64,000 bases of DNA from a virus. Numbering within the stretch: position 1 is the first letter of the stretch; every line of letters begins with the position of its first letter. Both the position numbers and the translations under genes were made by a program. The notes under the pieces are model-generated. The model saw only the letters and a list, made by a program, of their open reading frames with translations, searched no databases and was not told the origin of the DNA. Where the stretch lies: IMG/VR virus record IMGVR_UViG_3300029887_000017; one strand, given 5' to 3'. Below, piece after piece: positions 58,762 to 64,000 of the stretch.

Positions 58762-59676
58762 ATGAGGAACACGACAATTACAAAAGCAGTCGTTGCAGGA
58801 ATGCTTGTAGTGGCGATGACAACAACAGTATTTACAGGAGCGCAGACATCTGTTTATGCAGAAGAACAGCAGCAGATGACAACAAACGATGAAATAGCCC
58901 TTCTTGAAGCAAAAAAAGCGGCTATGGAAGCTGACATGGCTGTGTATCCAAACTGTAAAGGACTGGCTGATGCACATGACAGAGTCGCTGCGGATATTAA
59001 AGAAATGAAACAATATAAAAGTGCTTCAAAAAAGGCTCCGTCAAAAAATAACTTTCTGACAGCAGGCGTAACCGCAGCCCTTGGGTCTTCAGATATGTAT
59101 GATGGAAAGATAAACAGTATATATGAAACAGACAAAGACATTGCCGAGCGTTCTTTTTACGGCTATTACAATGTAGACGCACAGAGAATACAGGCTGTCA
59201 ATACAGCTGTTTCATCTCAGGGCAGAATCAAGTATGTCTGGGGTGGAAAACCATCAAGCCCTGACTGGCAGACATCATGGGATGAAAAAACATCAGGTCT
59301 TGACTGTTCCGGATTCATAAGCTTTGTATACTGGAACACAACAGGTGTTCACAATGAAGGTCTTGAATCCACATATGCAATCGCAAGGCATGCATCCCCG
59401 ATAAGCGAGGATGAATTACAGCCGGGAGACCTTGGCATGCTAAATGACAGGGGGACATATTGGACAGCAGGAAATACTGCGTATGATACAAGAGAAGCCG
59501 CAGATGCTGCTGTCGCACAATCCGGTGAAGCCGTCATACAACATACCGGCCATGTAGGAATCTACGTAGGCCTCGATGCAGACGGCAACAAACTGTTCTG
59601 CCACTGCAAGGGCGGAAGTGCAAGAACTGTAGTTGTAGACAACTTCAATTTCAGATATTTCTACAGAATGTTTTAG
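58762..59676 (+). CDS. secreted NlpC/P60 family peptidoglycan peptidase (304 aa)
   Basis: signal peptide; GLDCSGF catalytic Cys motif and downstream GHVGIYVG His. Confidence 0.8.
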   Translation: MRNTTITKAVVAGMLVVAMTTTVFTGAQTSVYAEEQQQMTTNDEIALLEAKKAAMEADMAVYPNCKGLADAHDRVAADIKEMKQYKSASKKAPSKNNFLTAGVTAALGSSDMYDGKINSIYETDKDIAERSFYGYYNVDAQRIQAVNTAVSSQGRIKYVWGGKPSSPDWQTSWDEKTSGLDCSGFISFVYWNTTGVHNEGLESTYAIARHASPISEDELQPGDLGMLNDRGTYWTAGNTAYDTREAADAAVAQSGEAVIQHTGHVGIYVGLDADGNKLFCHCKGGSARTVVVDNFNFRYFYRMF

Positions 59677-59802
59677 TATCTGAAGGGTTTGTGTAAAAAG
59701 AGCTATCCATGAGGAGGCTCTTTTTTCATATAGAAAGCTAACGGACAGAACAAAATCTATCATACTTATAGTACCTAAAAAAGAAAACAAGGAGGAAACA
59801 AA

Positions 59803-60381
59803 ATGAAAGATCTAAAAAAAGACGTGCTGGCAACAGGCCAGTTCGCGGAATTCTACACACTCAATACATTCGTAAGAGTGTATACCGCATTTGGCATTGA
59901 CAAGGTGAAGATGTCATTTGTAACAAAAGGACAGCATGGGCAGGGCTGTGACGTGTATGTTGACACAGATGTTTTTGACATCCTCTGTGACGACATTTTA
60001 AGCGGGGACTTAAGAAAGCTCATTGCCGCGTCAAAGCCTAATGACAAGGGTTACTATCCTGTAGTTTGGGAACATGTAACAGGAAAGGACGGATCAAAGA
60101 AGGTCAATATTGCCCGCGGCATGAAAAAGCCAGTTGTAATCACCGGTTACGATGGTACACAAAAGAAGTATATCAGAGTAACAGTTGAAAAATACGCTGA
60201 GCTTCGCATAATGGCAAAATGGTGGAAGAGAGTGTCAGCTCCTTACTATCAAAAGCTTGCCATGATAGGATACGAGGCGAAGAAAGCCTTTGTTCCGAAG
60301 TACAATCCGGACGATCTTGAGGAGCCAGAGAATATGTCTGACAATGAGCCTGACCTGCCACCAGTTCCGCCAATGGCGTAA
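59803..60381 (+). CDS. hypothetical protein (192 aa)
   Basis: behind promoter cassette 59705-59785. Confidence 0.55.
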   Translation: MKDLKKDVLATGQFAEFYTLNTFVRVYTAFGIDKVKMSFVTKGQHGQGCDVYVDTDVFDILCDDILSGDLRKLIAASKPNDKGYYPVVWEHVTGKDGSKKVNIARGMKKPVVITGYDGTQKKYIRVTVEKYAELRIMAKWWKRVSAPYYQKLAMIGYEAKKAFVPKYNPDDLEEPENMSDNEPDLPPVPPMA

Positions 60382-60466
60382 GTAGCACGTTAAAAAAGAG
60401 CATTCCTGAAAAAGGAGTGCTTTTTTCGTTGAAAAAATCCTGAAAAACAAAAATCATACTTATTAC

Positions 60467-60934
60467 ATGGAAAGATTTAACAATGAAAGAAGCGCGAATT
60501 ACAGATGCAATTTTTTTAAGGCAAATAAAGGACTGCGCGGTCACAGAAAACATTATCACTGTTCATACTGCGGAAGAATAAAGAAAAAAGACGATATTAC
60601 CGTTGATCATTTGATACCCGTAAACAAGGTATTAAAAGGATGTCATAAAAGGTTCTGGAAAATGGTCTTAAGATTAAATGGAATAAACGACATTAACGAC
60701 ACGAGAAACCTTGTTCCCGCGTGCAGAAAATGCAATTCAAGAAAAGGAGCAAACACTGGCATATGGATTATCAGAGGACTTATTGGAAGACATTTTGGTT
60801 TCTGGTGTATTGAAAAACCAGTAAAGTGGTTATTGATAGTGATTTTTGCATACTGGCTGTATACAAATCCGAAAGAGCTTACAGATGGAATCAACTATGT
60901 TTTCTCGGGTATTCTTAACAGCCTGCTGCGCTGA
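60467..60934 (+). CDS. HNH endonuclease (155 aa), apparently leaderless
   Basis: HYHCSYCG..VDHLIP..NLVPACRKCNSRKG; ATG only ~10 nt after CATACT core, no SD. Confidence 0.6.
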   Translation: MERFNNERSANYRCNFFKANKGLRGHRKHYHCSYCGRIKKKDDITVDHLIPVNKVLKGCHKRFWKMVLRLNGINDINDTRNLVPACRKCNSRKGANTGIWIIRGLIGRHFGFWCIEKPVKWLLIVIFAYWLYTNPKELTDGINYVFSGILNSLLR

Positions 60935-61229
60935 GAAACGCAGAAGAAAAGCGCCTGTGTGTTTGGTAATTCTGTTTTTATTTCCAATAAGGATGAATTT
61001 ATTGCAAATATTAGTTCTTATGTATGTTATAAAAAATCTAATAATATTTATGATTCATGGTTAATGATGCTTCACAACTTAAATGAGACAATGGATGGAC
61101 TATTCAGATACGGAGCAAAGGATACAGATGAAAATGTTATATTTCTAAAGAATATATTAGTCTTTTTATCTTACATAAGCATTTACGAAGATGAAAAGTC
61201 ATGGAGAAATTTGTTATTGTAATGATATT

Positions 61230-61337
61230 GTGGCGGTGGCTCAGTCTGGTAGTAGCACTCCTGTTCCTGTATGGCATCGTAAAATCATGTAAGGAACTAT
61301 GCAGGTGTTGTCGGAGGTTCAAATCCTTCTCGCAACA
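61230..61337 (+). other. tRNA-like element (D-arm and T-arm consensus, atypical 108-nt length)
   Basis: GTGGCGG-TG-GCTCAGTCTGGTAGTAGC .. GGAGGTTCAAATCCTTC-TCGCAAC-A-CC; 6/7 acceptor pairing; ~35 extra nt in the anticodon/variable region. Confidence 0.35.
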
Positions 61338-61368
61338 CCTATAATGATTTAAAACTAGGAGGTATATT

Positions 61369-61683
61369 ATGGTTTCACCAAGTTATATGTGTTTATTAAG
61401 CTTAGTCGATAATAAAACCAAAATAATGGGAAATATCGAGTTAGCAAATAAAATAAAAGAAATGACAAAAATATACTTGAAGCAAGGGAAAGACTTATAC
61501 GAAGCACAAGAAAAACTTAAAATCTTATTACTGAAAGAATTAGGTTTAGAATGGTATGAAAAAAGTGGAGAAGCTGTTAATTTCGTTATTGAAAATGAAT
61601 ATGCTCATGCAGAAAGAACATCTTTACCAGCGTTTGATATGAAACAATACGAGAAGGATATGAAACAAGGTGTTATGTATTAA
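61369..61683 (+). CDS. hypothetical protein (104 aa), paralog of 46147-46461
   Basis: aaactaggaggtatattATG; shared EWYEKSGEAVNFVIENEY block. Confidence 0.55.
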   Translation: MVSPSYMCLLSLVDNKTKIMGNIELANKIKEMTKIYLKQGKDLYEAQEKLKILLLKELGLEWYEKSGEAVNFVIENEYAHAERTSLPAFDMKQYEKDMKQGVMY

Positions 61684-61785
61684 AATAGAATATACGATGA
61701 AGAACGTGCAAATTAACAGCACTCGCAGGAGAAAATAACTGCATGAGAAAATACACAAAATTAGAGTTATAGAAAGGATATATAA

Positions 61786-62259
61786 ATGATTCTAACAGAA
61801 CATGAACAGGTAATTATTAACAATATGAGACACCCATCAATTCGCACAGTAACGGCGAGCAAATCGTATAAAGATTTATCCGATGAAGAGCTTACTTCAC
61901 TAATTGGCAAAATAGATGACTATGTGAATGAAATTGGCGAAACACAGAGAGCTTTCGGTAATTATGATGAATTTTACGTATTAGAATTTGATTCGATTAA
62001 GGCTCGTCTAGTAGATGAATGTCAACGCAGAAAAATTATGCTTAGAATGCAAGGCGATAAATTTGACGTTTATCGAAAAGAATATAATGAAATAGTAAAT
62101 AGCGCAATGAATCATCCTGTTGGTAATATGATGTATAAAATTCGTCAAATTAAAAGAATTCTTATGGAAGAGTTTCCAAGAGAAGCAAACGATGAAAAAG
62201 CAGAACTTGTTGCAAATAGATTATATGACCAAATTATGTACGAAGATAAGGATGTTTAA
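61786..62259 (+). CDS. hypothetical protein (157 aa)
   Basis: tagaaaggatatataaATG. Confidence 0.55.
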   Translation: MILTEHEQVIINNMRHPSIRTVTASKSYKDLSDEELTSLIGKIDDYVNEIGETQRAFGNYDEFYVLEFDSIKARLVDECQRRKIMLRMQGDKFDVYRKEYNEIVNSAMNHPVGNMMYKIRQIKRILMEEFPREANDEKAELVANRLYDQIMYEDKDV

Positions 62260-62340
62260 TTTGAACAGATACAATACTATAAAATATAAAACCACTATAC
62301 GAATTCCCAAAATAAATGCATACCCTTAATGACATTGCGT

Positions 62341-62392
62341 AAAAACAACCCTCCCTTTTCTCTTTAAAAGAGTTCTGGGAGGGTTATCTTTT
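62341..62392. terminator. bidirectional terminator
   Basis: AACCCTCCC..GGGAGGGTT long hairpin. Confidence 0.55.
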
Positions 62393-62457
62393 ATTTACCC
62401 CGTGCTTAACTTAATGACATTGGTGTGTAAACAGGCGCTTTTTATTATGGCTATTTT

Positions 62458-62640
62458 TTAATGGATGGCATTGCATGCTATCCAGAAAACGAGAAGTAAT
62501 GCGACGAACGAGCCCCATGCCATTACTTCCTCAAAAGTAATCTTTTGATGCCAGAACAATTTGTCCTGAACATCCCAAAGTGCCGCAAGCAGGTTAAGAC
62601 CCGCCCTCTTTATTATTTTTGCCATTTTAATTTCCTCCAT
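62458..62640 (-). CDS. small membrane protein (60 aa)
   Basis: minus-strand ORF behind reverse promoter core at 62660-62675. Confidence 0.45.
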   Translation of the reverse strand: MEEIKMAKIIKRAGLNLLAALWDVQDKLFWHQKITFEEVMAWGSFVALLLVFWIACNAIH

Positions 62641-62886
62641 TTGTCTTTTCTACTTTTCTTACCGTAAGTATGATAGATTCCAAAAAAACGGATCTGCGAC
62701 TATATAAAAAACAGCATTATACACAAAAAAAGAACTTCTATATAAACAAACTTTATATAGAAAGGTCTTTTTTTGTGCGTTTTCATTTCAGGTAAAAAAT
62801 AAATCATACTATGGACGGAAATAGGAAAATACAAAAGAAAGGAATTTGATTTCTTCTTTATATAGAAGAATACATGGGGAATCATT

Positions 62887-63384
62887 ATGACAGAACAGCA
62901 GATTACAGACATGATGATGGATAAAATTGCTGCCTTTGAGGTTATCGCTTCAAAAATACAGACAGGAAATGAGGACGAAGCCAGAACAATGGCAATCAGC
63001 ACATATACACTGTTTGATGATATTGAGAAGTTTATAGAGGAGAACAAAGATTTTGATGCAGAGTACTGCGCAAACTGTTTTATCGAAAATGGCAATTTCG
63101 TTGACAGAAGCAGCGATGTAGTCATTGTGAAAAGCAAAGAAGATTACTATCTGAAAAAGACAGAAATGTGTGTTGAAAAGACAAGATCTCTTTATGGGCT
63201 TTTAATTAGCATTGCAAACACATTGAAAAACAAAAACACAATGGGTAAGAGCTGTCTCAAAGACCGCATGAAGTACAATGCAGCCCTTGACGCCCTTGCG
63301 GAGAGACTTATGCAGGAGATGAGTGAGACACATCTGGGCTACATATCTGACGCTATGTTTAAGTTAATGCTAAAAAAATCATAA
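62887..63384 (+). CDS. hypothetical protein (165 aa)
   Basis: ORF. Confidence 0.5.
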   Translation: MTEQQITDMMMDKIAAFEVIASKIQTGNEDEARTMAISTYTLFDDIEKFIEENKDFDAEYCANCFIENGNFVDRSSDVVIVKSKEDYYLKKTEMCVEKTRSLYGLLISIANTLKNKNTMGKSCLKDRMKYNAALDALAERLMQEMSETHLGYISDAMFKLMLKKS

Positions 63385-63536
63385 AGATTTTCGCATTTGT
63401 TAAAAGTATTAGAAAAAAAAATCATACTTACGGCGGTTAAAGCGACTGTGCTTTATCAAATAAAAACTTCCGCCATTACGGGAGATAAAAGTAACTTATC
63501 AACCATGTGCACAAAGAAGAAAGGACAAAAAGAAAA

Positions 63537-63761
63537 ATGAAAGAAACCGTAGCACACATTCTTGAGATTGCAGTAGTTGTAATCGCACTTATGGCATTAA
63601 TCGCCATCATGATCAACCTTACCAAGGTCGGAAAGACAAATGCCGATGGTACAACAACCGGTTCTGGTTATATTACACAGAACGTTGAAAAAACAATCGG
63701 CAATGTATTTGACAAGACAGGTAATGCTATCGACAGCAGCACAAACAGCAGCAAGGAGTAA
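63537..63761 (+). CDS. small TM protein (74 aa), first of a tandem duplicate
   Basis: aaaggacaaaaagaaaaATG; hydrophobic N-terminus. Confidence 0.5.
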   Translation: MKETVAHILEIAVVVIALMALIAIMINLTKVGKTNADGTTTGSGYITQNVEKTIGNVFDKTGNAIDSSTNSSKE

Positions 63762-63861
63762 AGTTACACATTTATCAGAAAGAACGGCCTGCATCCTGAC
63801 TAAAATGCAGGCTGGAGGCTGTTTTTAGAAAACGATAAAAAAAGAAAGGACAAAAAGAAAA

Positions 63862-64000
63862 ATGAAAGAAACTGTAGCACACATTCTTGAGATTGCAGTA
63901 GTTGTAATCGCACTTATGGCATTAATCGCCATCATGATCAACCTTACCAAGGTCGGAAAGACAAATGCCGATGGTACAACAACCGGTTCTGGTTACATTA
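63862..64000 (+). CDS. small TM protein, tandem duplicate (3' end outside window)
   Basis: near-identical to 63537 onward including RBS. Confidence 0.5.
   Translation, partial: MKETVAHILEIAVVVIALMALIAIMINLTKVGKTNADGTTTGSGYI

Noticed and set aside
61230-61337. Calling this a canonical tRNA gene with an assigned anticodon
   Set aside because: Length 108 nt and no regular 5-bp anticodon stem with a 7-nt loop; retained only as a tRNA-like element.
1-64000. Element-wide alternative genetic code (TGA or TAG recoding) suggested by the in-frame TGA at 12178
   Set aside because: Large genes (cas12a, ligA, AAA+, LRR) are uninterrupted and terminate at TAG, TAA or TGA normally; the single case is better explained as pseudogene or local read-through.

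Overview
AT-rich (~38% GC) Firmicutes/Clostridia-like mobile element, probably a phage or phage-plasmid accessory region. About 110 short genes lie almost all on the + strand. Most are single transcription units with their own intrinsic terminator, a highly conserved ~60-bp palindromic promoter cassette (core TCTAWCATACT, seen >40 times) and an AGGAGG ribosome-binding site. No capsid, tail, portal, integrase or cas1/cas2/cas4 gene is recognisable in the window.

Embedded in inverted orientation at 4.1-11.0 kb is a minimal type V-A CRISPR-Cas12a module. It comprises an intact cas12a (1261 aa, RuvC I/II/III motifs present) read from the element's own promoter cassette, followed by three leader-bearing arrays (~33 repeat units) whose repeats keep only the Cas12a crRNA handle stem. 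A membrane-protein gene sits between the arrays, and one spacer derives from a relative's promoter cassette.

Other recognisable genes are an NAD-dependent DNA ligase, three to four HNH endonucleases (one interrupted by an in-frame TGA), two YopX-family proteins, two paralogous PUA/ASCH-like proteins, two BspA-type LRR proteins, an SPFH/band-7 protein, an NlpC/P60 peptidase, a CheY-like response regulator next to an HD hydrolase, an overlapping J-domain protein plus membrane SpoVK/CbbX-type AAA+ ATPase pair, a pentapeptide-like repeat protein and a P-loop NTPase.

Repeats include a 0.5-kb direct repeat (two copies 38 kb apart) carrying a small RRXRR/PLMP-like ORF, a ~135-bp repeat pair flanking an LRR gene, a tRNA-like element of atypical length, two cases of gene-3'-end duplications flanking small inserted genes, and several paralog pairs.
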